A DNA stretch of 64,000 nt, taken from positions 2,682 through 66,681 of the IMG/VR virus record IMGVR_UViG_3300011118_000005; one strand, written 5' to 3'. The position numbers and the translations under genes are program-made. The first letter of the stretch is position 1. Each line of letters opens with the position of its first letter. Below the pieces are notes generated by a model, which was not told the origin of the DNA, did no database searches, and was given only the letters and a program-made list of their open reading frames with translations. This DNA is from a virus. This document shows, piece after piece, positions 7,649 through 16,501 of the stretch.

Positions 7649-9028
7649 TTATACACACAGTTCGACGATCATATCGAAAGCAAAGTTTTGGAAATCCCGG
7701 CTGCAATCAGTGCTGCCGGTAATGTAGTGGGCAACCTCTTCGATGGCAGTCTTCAAAGCGATTTTGCCGCCTAAGTCTTCTCGGATCGACACCTCGCTGC
7801 TCCCTGGAGTGTAGAAGCCGAGGCACTCGCCTTCTCCGTCCATAAGCTGCTTGAAGCATTTGACTCCAGGCTTGCTCTTGCCGCCTGTCATCCCGACAAC
7901 CTCACACCAGCCCCAGACTTGATCCACAGCTTTCTGCGCTTCCTCGGTAATCTCACAATCAATCCTCCCGGCTGCGCCAGCTTTACCCAAAACAGTGGCC
8001 ACATTGTCCACTCCCATATCTTGGGCAACCTTGACAAAGGCATCTGACTTAACCACTTGGACATTGTGTCCCTTGGCCTTAACATGCTCAGCAATAGGGC
8101 TTCGGCCCATCATTTCAGAGGCAATCACAGACTCGCCAGCAAAATCTTTCCATCCCTGAACCCAGTTCTCCTTTACCTCATCTGAATCACAGTATCCGAG
8201 ATAATAGTCGTCCAGGCCGCTTTCGTAAACATCGCCTTCCGAGAGTTTCTTGAAAAATTGGGTTAGAATTTCAGGAGTGGCTTCATTGATAATCTGGCCA
8301 ATGGTGCCTCGCAAAGCATACTCACTGCTATTGCGGCTTTCATCGATATCGATCTGGCTCGCTTTGAGATTATAGTCAAAGACGGCTTGCGACCTGGACG
8401 ACAATTCTCGGATTTTCACGCCCTCTCGGAAGATTGTAGGTCCGGAAGATTCAGGGTTCTTTTTGAGAAATGTCTGATTCAGGGCATCGGGGTTGCCCGA
8501 AAAGTGGAGGAAATTCTTGCCGAGATCCCTATGAAATTTCCTAACTTCTTCGTTATCGTAATCGATAAATACTCTAGTGGTTCCAGACTTATTCCGAATC
8601 TTGTCAACAACGGTGACAGTGGGAAGTTCGTCTCCCACGATTTTCGCCCAGTCAATTGCGTTTGACACAAACTCTCGGAGAGCCATGCTGATCTCGGTCC
8701 AATCCAGTTCTCCAAACTCCGTGGTCCATGCGCAATCAATTATTCGATTAGTCTTGCCCTTGCATTTGCACTTAACTGGATACGATTCCCGAACTGTACC
8801 ATCGGCATCTGTAACGTAATCGGTCTCAAAGTAAAAATCAAGGGTCGTGCCATCCGTGCAGACTTTGAAAGGGATTCCAGCACGGAGCATAATGTTGATT
8901 CCATGCTTATTGCCAGACCCGAACTGGCCAATGGTTCCGTCACAATCGGAATAGCGGGCTCCACTGCAACCAAGGCGAGTGAAGGCAGTGATGGGGGCGA
9001 TTCCGGGGTTTTCGATCATCAGGTACAT
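7649..9028 (-). CDS. GHKL-type ATPase-like protein with permuted motif order
   Basis: IENPG, IGQFGSG, then ALREFVSNAID; C-terminal EEVAH. Confidence 0.7.
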   Translation of the reverse strand: MYLMIENPGIAPITAFTRLGCSGARYSDCDGTIGQFGSGNKHGINIMLRAGIPFKVCTDGTTLDFYFETDYVTDADGTVRESYPVKCKCKGKTNRIIDCAWTTEFGELDWTEISMALREFVSNAIDWAKIVGDELPTVTVVDKIRNKSGTTRVFIDYDNEEVRKFHRDLGKNFLHFSGNPDALNQTFLKKNPESSGPTIFREGVKIRELSSRSQAVFDYNLKASQIDIDESRNSSEYALRGTIGQIINEATPEILTQFFKKLSEGDVYESGLDDYYLGYCDSDEVKENWVQGWKDFAGESVIASEMMGRSPIAEHVKAKGHNVQVVKSDAFVKVAQDMGVDNVATVLGKAGAAGRIDCEITEEAQKAVDQVWGWCEVVGMTGGKSKPGVKCFKQLMDGEGECLGFYTPGSSEVSIREDLGGKIALKTAIEEVAHYITGSTDCSRDFQNFAFDMIVELCV

Positions 9029-9067
9029 GGTGTAGTCTCCAGTGAAAATAAGGTGAACTCTATTAAC

Positions 9068-9096
9068 AGTCTACACTGCGGAACCGTCGCTGTCAA
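9068..9096 (-). promoter_or_regulatory. sigma70-type promoter
   Basis: TTGACA-17bp-TAGACT followed by TAATAGAGTTCAC. Confidence 0.7.
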
Positions 9097-9310
9097 ATCT
9101 TTTATTCCATTTTTGCAATATTATGTCTTTGGCCACTTTTGTAACATCATAGTGACCTGCGAACCGGTCCCACATTTGAGTGTCTTCAACGAATCCACAG
9201 CCACAATCTCTGCAACGGATGCTCACAGTATCCGGTGTGTAGCCATGGTCGCCCAGGTGTGACCTTATCTGAACTTCTTTTCCACAGAATGGGCAGGGTT
9301 TGATATTCAT
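9071..9310 (-). CDS. Lar-like zinc-ribbon protein
   Basis: IKPCPFCG...IRCRDCG...KWNKR. Confidence 0.65.
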   Translation of the reverse strand: MNIKPCPFCGKEVQIRSHLGDHGYTPDTVSIRCRDCGCGFVEDTQMWDRFAGHYDVTKVAKDIILQKWNKRFDSDGSAV

Positions 9311-9972
9311 GATAATGTGTGAAGTACCTGAACCAGTTCATATACAACCCAGGATGCACTGTCGCTTGATACACTTTGCTCTGCCAAGGCGTCCAGCCCT
9401 TCTTGCCGAGTCTGGTAAGTACCAAGAACTTTTATCAAATCGTCGGAACCTGCTTGTTCATCTCCAACACAGTATTTTTGGAGCCTATAATTCATTTGTT
9501 CACATAGATAAAAAGAACAGGATGGAGACCAGGGCAGTAGCTCCAAGGATGAAAATAATCCCGGCCTGTAACAGAAAAACCATCAGGCGTATGGGATGAC
9601 GTTTGCTTATTCTGTTAAACTCTCTCTTGTCATGGATAAAAGGATCACTCACCCTGTCAATTGGGTATCCCTTTACCCGAATGTTGCGATACTTGACTAT
9701 CTCATCACCAATCACAGAATTTCTTTGGATTAAATTGGCCCAGTATTCCTTAGATTTGTGTTTCATTTTACCAACAATCGTAGTTTGTTATGTCCTTTTC
9801 TTCCCCGCTTTGATTATCCTTAACGACACAGGCGGTCCCTATTCCGCAACCGGAGAAGCAATAAGTTAGGCGCAGTCCTACGCCTCCCAGACACCCTGGC
9901 TCATTTGGAGGCAAAGTTTTGACCCATTCACGGAGTGTATCCATTTCTTCTTCATAAATCGTAAATATCTTT

Positions 9973-10383
9973 TTAGCCATTTTCGTTCACAAACTTTCTC
10001 AATTTAGGTTCTAATGACCAAGCAGTGGTTCCGTTGTCCAGGCACCTCAAAAGAACTTCGACCTCTCCCCGATTCAATCTAATGGTCTTCTGCTTTGATT
10101 TGACTTTAGTTGTGGGTGCTGCTACCAATGCGTATGTCTTCACTTTGTTAGTGGAGACAGGATCGATCTTGGTGCCAATACATTCGATAACCCCGCTGTC
10201 CTCTAGTTCCGCGAATCGAGGATGAAATGACGATGAAGTATCTTTATAATTTCGGTCCACGTCTCGCTGACTGACCCCATTTTGTCCAGGATTCTTCAGC
10301 ATGAATTTAATTACATCCCACTGACGGTTGCTAATGAATCCAGAATCTTTTGCTTTTTGATATGCTTCAATTGATGTATTCAT
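9973..10383 (-). CDS. winged-helix DNA-binding protein (paralogue of 4527-4952)
   Basis: MNTSIEAY start; PRFAELEDSGVI. Confidence 0.6.
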   Translation of the reverse strand: MNTSIEAYQKAKDSGFISNRQWDVIKFMLKNPGQNGVSQRDVDRNYKDTSSSFHPRFAELEDSGVIECIGTKIDPVSTNKVKTYALVAAPTTKVKSKQKTIRLNRGEVEVLLRCLDNGTTAWSLEPKLRKFVNENG

Positions 10384-10533
10384 TTTGTCTCCTTAGACAA
10401 TTTGTCTACTTGTTTCCGAAGAACGCTGTTTTCCATCCATAGAGTATGGTAATTATCTCGCCAAGTCCAAAGAGTTTTATTATCTTCTTCCAGATTCTTA
10501 TTATGTTCTTCCAGATTCTGGATGTATTGGTCT

Positions 10534-10884
10534 TTATCCATTGTAATCCTCTAATGCTTCGGTAATCAGGAAAAGGTTCTCTTGTGCTACCGATGCCCGC
10601 GCGGAAGCATTTTGCTCATGTTTGATCAAACTAGCATCCAGAGCCTTGAGTGCGCACAACTCGGTGGGGTGCAACCAGATATTGCCTTCCTTACTGATAT
10701 TCGATTTGTATCCGCAGCATCTTATGAGTTTTTGCTGCTTCTCGTCATGGTGGTCATTCACAATCTTATACTGCTTTGGTGTTTCGACCACGCGACCGCA
10801 GTACGTCTTAATCTCTTTGTCGTGATGAACCCAGGATTCATGGACTTCGGCAGCCCACATCTTTATCTCTTTGTGCTTAGCCAT
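10534..10884 (-). CDS. hypothetical protein
   Basis: 116-aa ORF with RBS. Confidence 0.55.
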   Translation of the reverse strand: MAKHKEIKMWAAEVHESWVHHDKEIKTYCGRVVETPKQYKIVNDHHDEKQQKLIRCCGYKSNISKEGNIWLHPTELCALKALDASLIKHEQNASARASVAQENLFLITEALEDYNG

Positions 10885-11127
10885 TTGCTTTCTCCAGTTC
10901 TGGATAGTCCCGGCGAAACTCTATTGGCACCATGTGAAACAAGTTATCGGCTGATGCTATATTCGTCATCAAGTCGGACTTGTAAGACCTGAACCCAGGC
11001 TTCCGTTTACCAGACTCCATGACTTGGAAGGCTGGCCCTTTAGGCGGGAGGAAGGCAACTCGTTGCTTGCCACTGTATTCAAATGTTTTCCACATAGTAG
11101 CCTCAGTGATAGTGTGAACTCTATTAG

Positions 11128-11156
11128 AGTATACACTACAGATTTTGGGCAGTCAA
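11128..11156 (-). promoter_or_regulatory. sigma70-type promoter
   Basis: TTGACT-17bp-TATACT followed by TAATAGAGTTCAC. Confidence 0.7.
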
Positions 11157-11157
11157 A

Positions 11158-12741
11158 TCAAGACTTGGCAAATTCTTCCATCACTTTAGGCACCGCCGAA
11201 TCGAATCCCACTACATCCAACATTCCTGGATCATTCGGATCAGCGATAGAGAAGTCGTTAGCGACCATACCGAAAACAATCAGCTTGGAGTCAATGCCCA
11301 TTGCCTGCCGGTATTCTTCGAGAGCAACGTGTGGATGCTTACGACCGGCCCAGGTCTCATTATCGGTATAGACACAAAATACGTCAACCGGAATCTTGTG
11401 CTCTAAGGCGTGAACCATTGGCAATGCACAGTCTGTGCTATCAAATCGCAAATTACTTATCTTTTTAAGCACAGTTTGCAAGCCGTCATTTGGCAGGATG
11501 CCAAGGTCATGAAATGTACTGCCAAAGCCGAAGGCATAAGCCTGCGGCTCAGTACGATAGGCAACCATTGCCATGCACCCTGCTGCCATAGCACATGTCA
11601 CTGGCGAGTTATTTATGTTGTGGAATGTCATAGAGCCAGACACATCGATCCCTAGCAGGAATCGTTTATTCGTCGCAGTCAATGCGCCGAATGAGGAGTA
11701 AAACGCCGCATCCAGTGCGTTGATTATATTCTGGTCTGGGGTCCAAGACAGGCTCCCACGGAAGCCTGTTCCCTGTTTGTAGGTAGCAAGAGCCAGAAGA
11801 ATCGAGAACGGGTGCAACCGCCCCTTGCGGACAAACTCTTCATCACGCAACCGCATAGTGACTTGGTTGGAAGCATCAGACAATGGCGACAGGAGACCTA
11901 GACTGGTCATTTTGCCCAGGTTGCGGAGCATAGCCGTAGCTGGCATATTCTGCAACAGAGCATCCCAGACTTGCGGGCTGTTCAGTGCCTCTGTAGGCAA
12001 GTGCTCCCGAACTAAACCGTAAGCGCGGATCAAGGCGACAATATCGGCACAGTCGGTGGCCCCTTTGGCTAACTCGACACCCTCAAGAAGCGTATTAGGA
12101 TAATCCAATTCCCTGGCAATAGACCACTTGTCATACTGAGTGACATACTTGAGCACGTCATTCAGCCCAGGATTGTCGGTCTTTGGGTGTGCTAGACGCA
12201 GCACATCACGATGCGACCAGCCACCTCGCTGTGCGTATTTGGTGACTTGCATCGCAAGTTGCCTTGGAGACTTGTCGAGATACCAGTCGGACACCGCGCG
12301 ACGGAGTCCAGTGCCCCAGCCTCGAAGTTCATTCACAGCATCAACAAACTGAAAAAGATGGGTACCGATTCGACACACCTGATTAAGAACATTCAGCGCC
12401 AACCTGGACGATTTTGGATCTGCCGCAGCTAAGGCGAGCGCAAAGATAGCGGCATCATTCTTCGCAGCACGTCCATTGGTGCTAACGTCTACGATCAGAT
12501 TGACCGTGCGCTCAGGGTCGGCAGCCAAGGCTTCCTGGACACACTTAGCGTTCTCACGAGTTAGCTTCCGCTCGGAAGCGTAGTACGTACCGCCCTCGCA
12601 ACCAAGAATCAGGAACCGTTCCATACGCTGGAACACGTCCACTTGAAAGGTGTAGCCGCCCGCCGAATTTTTAACCTGAATGTCGGAAACGGGCTCGGAC
12701 TGCGGAGTATTGGCGGCAGTGATGTGTTGAACGTAAGACAT
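11158..12741 (-). CDS. rsr: Ro60/TROVE-domain RNA-binding protein
   Basis: QVKNSAGGYTF, RFLILGCEGGTYY, TKYAQRGGWSHRDVLRLAHPK, AMLRNLGKMT, vWA MIDAS DVSGSM, YTDNETW, MLDVVGFDS. Confidence 0.97.
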   Translation of the reverse strand: MSYVQHITAANTPQSEPVSDIQVKNSAGGYTFQVDVFQRMERFLILGCEGGTYYASERKLTRENAKCVQEALAADPERTVNLIVDVSTNGRAAKNDAAIFALALAAADPKSSRLALNVLNQVCRIGTHLFQFVDAVNELRGWGTGLRRAVSDWYLDKSPRQLAMQVTKYAQRGGWSHRDVLRLAHPKTDNPGLNDVLKYVTQYDKWSIARELDYPNTLLEGVELAKGATDCADIVALIRAYGLVREHLPTEALNSPQVWDALLQNMPATAMLRNLGKMTSLGLLSPLSDASNQVTMRLRDEEFVRKGRLHPFSILLALATYKQGTGFRGSLSWTPDQNIINALDAAFYSSFGALTATNKRFLLGIDVSGSMTFHNINNSPVTCAMAAGCMAMVAYRTEPQAYAFGFGSTFHDLGILPNDGLQTVLKKISNLRFDSTDCALPMVHALEHKIPVDVFCVYTDNETWAGRKHPHVALEEYRQAMGIDSKLIVFGMVANDFSIADPNDPGMLDVVGFDSAVPKVMEEFAKS

Positions 12742-12771
12742 GTCGACCCTTTCAAAAGGTTAGAATTATTA

Positions 12772-13014
12772 TTAGCCCAGAGCACCCCAGTCAAAGCCGT
12801 GCTCGAAAGATACCATGCCGTTTTCCTCGGCCCATTTCTTCAAGTGGTAGGCTTCACTTTCAAAATAAAACCTCTCACCTGGATTGTCCGGATGCTCGGC
12901 TGGCAGCCTACCTTCAATGCAAACAGTGTCGGCGGTATCATTGCACACTCGGCGATGAGTGAAGCCTTCCCCGTCAGTCACTGCAACTACATAAAAATCA
13001 GGTACTTTATTCAT
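12772..13014 (-). CDS. hypothetical protein between the Y RNA cluster and rsr
   Basis: 80-aa ORF with AGGAG RBS. Confidence 0.6.
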   Translation of the reverse strand: MNKVPDFYVVAVTDGEGFTHRRVCNDTADTVCIEGRLPAEHPDNPGERFYFESEAYHLKKWAEENGMVSFEHGFDWGALG

Positions 13015-13032
13015 CTATACTCCTAAATAAAA

Positions 13033-13094
13033 AGAGGCAAGTTAGTGATTAAGGAAAAGTATTTTAGCCAAATAACCCTTAATCTTCGGCCTCT
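13033..13094 (-). ncRNA. mini Y RNA (copy C)
   Basis: AGAG-GCCGAA-GATTAAGG-GTTAT-loop-CCTTAATC-ACTA-ACTTGC-CTCT; bulged-C Ro-binding helix; upstream of rsr. Confidence 0.8.
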
Positions 13095-13096
13095 AG

Positions 13097-13225
13097 CGGT
13101 GGGGGCTGGAATCGAACCAGCGACCTCCAGTTCCGATAAATAACCCACAGCCACCGGCCTCCGCGAGAGGCAAGTTTTCGGTAGTGGATAAATACTGGCG
13201 CTCTCCCAATCTGAGCTACTCCACC
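13097..13225 (-). ncRNA. tRNA-like Y RNA (YrlA-related) with a 62-nt Y module replacing the anticodon loop
   Basis: Acceptor GGTGGAG/CCCCACC-G, D arm GCTC/GAGC, anticodon stem CCAGT/ACTGG, T arm GCTGG-TTCGATT-CCAGC; insert contains ACTTGCCTC-TCGCG-GAGGCCGG...GGGTTAT. Confidence 0.85.
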
Positions 13226-13229
13226 AAAA

Positions 13230-13299
13230 ACGAAGGCAAGTTGGTGACTAAGGGGTAGGTAATTGATATTCATGATAACCCTTAATCTTCGGCCTTCGT
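13230..13299 (-). ncRNA. mini Y RNA (copy B)
   Basis: ACGAAG-GCCGAA-GATTAAGGG-TTATC-loop-CCCTTAGTC-ACCA-ACTTGC-CTTCGT. Confidence 0.8.
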
Positions 13300-13309
13300 G
13301 TATTATATT

Positions 13310-13371
13310 GGTGGCAAGTTAGTGACCAAGGGGTGTCGTAGTTGGAAGATAACCCTTGATCTTCGGCCACC
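13310..13371 (-). ncRNA. mini Y RNA (copy A)
   Basis: GGTG-GCCGAA-GATCAAGGG-TTATC-loop-CCCTTGGTC-ACTA-ACTTGC-CACC. Confidence 0.8.
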
Positions 13372-13381
13372 GTATACTAAT

Positions 13382-13410
13382 ATTATACTTTCCAGGAATC
13401 AGTTTGTCAA
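13382..13410 (-). promoter_or_regulatory. consensus sigma70 promoter of the Y RNA-rsr unit
   Basis: TTGACA (13410-13405)-17bp-TATAAT (13387-13382), 10 nt upstream of the first Y RNA. Confidence 0.85.
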
Positions 13411-14085
13411 GAACTTTACGCCACATTTTTTCATAATTTCAAAAACCGGGCCGGGGTCAGATCCATCATAGACCTCTTTTGCATCCCAGTCTTCAATGGC
13501 TTGATTGTAGAAAACTTCATCGATAGCCCACTTATCTAGGCCATTGTAGCGAGTAATGTCGTACCGTTGTCCATTGGGCAACTCTATCGCCCAGATCGTC
13601 ATTTCTTTGCCGTTAAAAGCTGGAAGACTCATTGATAAGTATCCTTTATTTCTCTGTAAAGATCAGCCTGCATACTTTGAGCCTCAGCGAGAGCCAATTT
13701 AAGGTCCGACACAGTGAGTTTAAGATTGGTTACTTCTTCCTTCAACTCTGTGTTCTCTTGCTTTAAGGTTTCATAGTTATGCTTGTAAACTTTCAGTACC
13801 TCAGCCTCTACGGTATCTCTCTTTACAAAAAACATGGTTAACCCCTATGAAGATGATCACGATAAAAGCTATTGGTATCTTTCAATTCTTCTCGAAGGTC
13901 GTCTCGTTCCTTCTTCAGAGTATCAATGTCGCCTCTAGCGTCAGCCAAGTCACATCGAAGCTCGAAGTTTTTCTTCTCTAAATCGGCGATTTCTTTCCGA
14001 TCATTCTTATGAACCAATTGGTACTCGTCCCACACTTCCTGACGCAGTATCACAATCGGTGAACCATCTATGTCTGTACTCGGCA

Positions 14086-14814
14086 TCAAACTAACCTTTC
14101 AGAAAAGAGAATAATCAATATTGCAATAGCTGCACCAATAATCGTATCGACTCCGTAGTGCCACCCAGTAGTCAAGGTAGCTAGGACCACTAGGATGTTC
14201 AGAGCCACTCCAGGGGCCTTCAGCCATCCCTTAGCAGCCGCCATCAGGAACAGAGCCCACATGGTGTGGAAGCTAGGAAAGGTGATTAGGCCCTCTCCGC
14301 TGCTACACAGCACGATCCCAGCAGCGCGGCACATCTTGGCGTGCTCCAGGTAGGCTTCCTGTCCTGGATTCATCTCTAGACCATAATAGTGGAATGGGCC
14401 AATAGCAGGGAACAGGCACAGGAACACCAGACAGATCGTGGAGCCTATGATGAACCTCTTGATAAACACTCCACGGTTAGAACTGAGGATCAGTACCAAG
14501 GCAGTCTGGAGGCCCAAAGAGGCGTATGCTAAGTTGAATAGAAGGTCCATAGCTGGCCGGTCGCGAACCCAGGCGACAATAGAAGGCACATGGATTCCCA
14601 GCATAGAGTCAGCCTTAGCCAGCACGTCATCGTTGAATTGCTGGTCGATTCCAGCGGCTAAATACATCATCGGAGCATAGAAGCCTCCCCAGGCCACCAG
14701 GGCTAGGGTGGCAAGTAAAGGATTCCTGAAATTAGGATACTTCCAATAGTGCTTTAGTGCAATAATCAGCAATAAAGCTACTATAATCGGTTTTGCTATT
14801 TCAGAGAACGGCAT
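14086..14814 (-). CDS. PAP2-family membrane phosphatase/phosphotransferase (Aur1/IPC-synthase-like)
   Basis: Multiple TM helices, FPAIGP, FPSFHT, WHYGVD. Confidence 0.85.
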   Translation of the reverse strand: MPFSEIAKPIIVALLLIIALKHYWKYPNFRNPLLATLALVAWGGFYAPMMYLAAGIDQQFNDDVLAKADSMLGIHVPSIVAWVRDRPAMDLLFNLAYASLGLQTALVLILSSNRGVFIKRFIIGSTICLVFLCLFPAIGPFHYYGLEMNPGQEAYLEHAKMCRAAGIVLCSSGEGLITFPSFHTMWALFLMAAAKGWLKAPGVALNILVVLATLTTGWHYGVDTIIGAAIAILIILFSERLV

Positions 14815-15194
14815 CAGAATCCAATCTCCCATACTCTTACAACTCGGTGTCGGCGACCAGAGGTCCAATCAATGATCTTGCCATTAACGGCTGCTAAAAC
14901 ATGACCGCTGGTATGAATCAGGAATCGTCCTTTCTTTGGCAGTTGTCTTTCCAGTGAGGTCACGGTTTTGGCCGTGAAAATCTCGGTCTCTTGGCAAGTC
15001 AGGTTGAGTTCCTTAATTGATTCCCATAAAGTAGGCCAAGGGGTGCCTCTGCCTTTGCGTCGACCGTTCTTGGCAAACATTTCGTTGACGTACTTATAGG
15101 GCAGATTGCTCAGAGCGGTGACGGCTCGAACAGCACAATCTTTCTTCTCTCCAAGGGACAAAGCCTGCTTATGAATCTTTTCGTAGTCATTCAT
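14814..15194 (-). CDS. hypothetical phage protein, possible Cys-His hydrolase fold
   Basis: DCAVRA...SGHVLAAVNGKIID. Confidence 0.55.
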   Translation of the reverse strand: MNDYEKIHKQALSLGEKKDCAVRAVTALSNLPYKYVNEMFAKNGRRKGRGTPWPTLWESIKELNLTCQETEIFTAKTVTSLERQLPKKGRFLIHTSGHVLAAVNGKIIDWTSGRRHRVVRVWEIGF

Positions 15195-15225
15195 GTTATA
15201 GTCCTAAGTGTTGGTGAACACTATA

Positions 15226-15253
15226 AACCTACCATACTATTTGACCATGTCAA
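15226..15253 (-). promoter_or_regulatory. putative promoter
   Basis: TTGACA-16bp-TAGGTT followed by TATAGTGTTCAC, a variant of the shared leader. Confidence 0.45.
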
Positions 15254-15901
15254 GACTCGATTGAGAAAATATTATTGAAATGTTGATAAGCCACGTCGAA
15301 CGGAGGCGAATTATAATTCCTAGCTTGCATGAACTCGTCTATATCCTGATGGACTCCCAGACTCACCAACTCGTTGAAACACTCGTCGCAAATGTAACCA
15401 TACTCATAGTGATATCGGTCACACATGATATTACCGCAACCCCGGCGATTACATGGTAAGACACTCATTCTGGCATTTTCTCCGCAATCGCATGGAGCCC
15501 AGCAGCCACTTCTTCAAGGCCCGATTTAATCATCACAGCCAAACCTTCAATTGAGCCCATGCCTCCAGCGCCATCTTTGCCTATCTCCTTGCATCCTTTT
15601 GTAATGGCCTCTGCCAATATACTTGCATGAGTTACATCCATAATTATCTCCTAGTTAAGTTAGCGTCGTTTATTAGAACCCAGTGCTTAATTGAGAAATT
15701 GCTGTCATATACCCAGGGGGCGCAGCTTTCTCTAGGTAAGGTTCAGGCACATGCTCAGCACTATGCCCATCTGACAACAGTACAGTATAAGTTAGTTGTT
15801 TACGCTGGTGTGCCGGTCCTTCCTTTACTACAACCACGCGACCAACTTGCCCCGCATAGAATACACCAGTAATTTTCACACAAGAGCCATAGGTAAACAT
15901 T

Positions 15902-16252
15902 TTAATCCTCTTCATCTTCAAAAATCTTGAAAACTGCTTGGAAAATTTCTATCGCCTCAACCCTAGTCAAAGGTCTGCCGAGTTTCTCACTATACTCGCA
16001 ACACGCATCTGTGCCTACTTTCCAAGCCTTAAAGTTAGAGTCTGTTGTGCAAAGCAATAGATTTAATTCTCCGTATCTTACTGTTTTTAGTCCGTCTATT
16101 CCGTAATGTTTTAATATATACTCCGGTGTAGGATTGTCGGAATGATCCATCAACGTAAGAGCATCGTCAATACTCACTCTCAGCACAAGATCAATATCTG
16201 AATCTTTGTTTGGAGTCCCGTAACAACGGCTACCAGTTATAAATGAGTTCAT
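15902..16252 (-). CDS. minimal Pol-beta superfamily nucleotidyltransferase
   Basis: FITGSRCYGTPNKDSDIDLV (hGS...DxD). Confidence 0.7.
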   Translation of the reverse strand: MNSFITGSRCYGTPNKDSDIDLVLRVSIDDALTLMDHSDNPTPEYILKHYGIDGLKTVRYGELNLLLCTTDSNFKAWKVGTDACCEYSEKLGRPLTRVEAIEIFQAVFKIFEDEED

Positions 16253-16501
16253 TCTTTCGGTATCCTGTACTCAAAGATAGCATCTGATCCAGTAATATCA
16301 AGTTCTGCCCCACACCCACGGCACGATAATCCCATACTTACTTGCTGAGAATCCCTGATAATGAATGGGTCCACTGGAATCAGTCGTTCCTCCAAACCAT
16401 AGACCCATTGGAAGGAGTGTATCACGATCTGACTACCACACAACGGGCACTTCAAACCATCCCAGACTGGTTTACCATTGACATAAACATTTTTTAAGTC
16501 G

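Noticed and set aside
13097-13225. Ordinary tRNA or group I intron-containing tRNA
   Set aside because: No 7-nt anticodon loop can be defined; the 62-nt insert is far too short for a group I intron and repeats the neighbouring Y motif.
13079-13273. 64-aa minus-strand ORF
   Set aside because: Lies wholly over the structured RNAs and has no recognisable protein features.
13302-13329. Internal promoter (TATAAT at 13307-13302) for Y RNA copy B
   Set aside because: The -10 box is only 2 nt from the RNA's 5' end and the -35 match is poor.
13033-13371. CRISPR array interpretation of the repeated motifs
   Set aside because: Units are bipartite with covarying stems and irregular spacing, the variable parts are only 15-20 nt, there are no cas genes, and the motif matches a Ro60-binding helix next to rsr.
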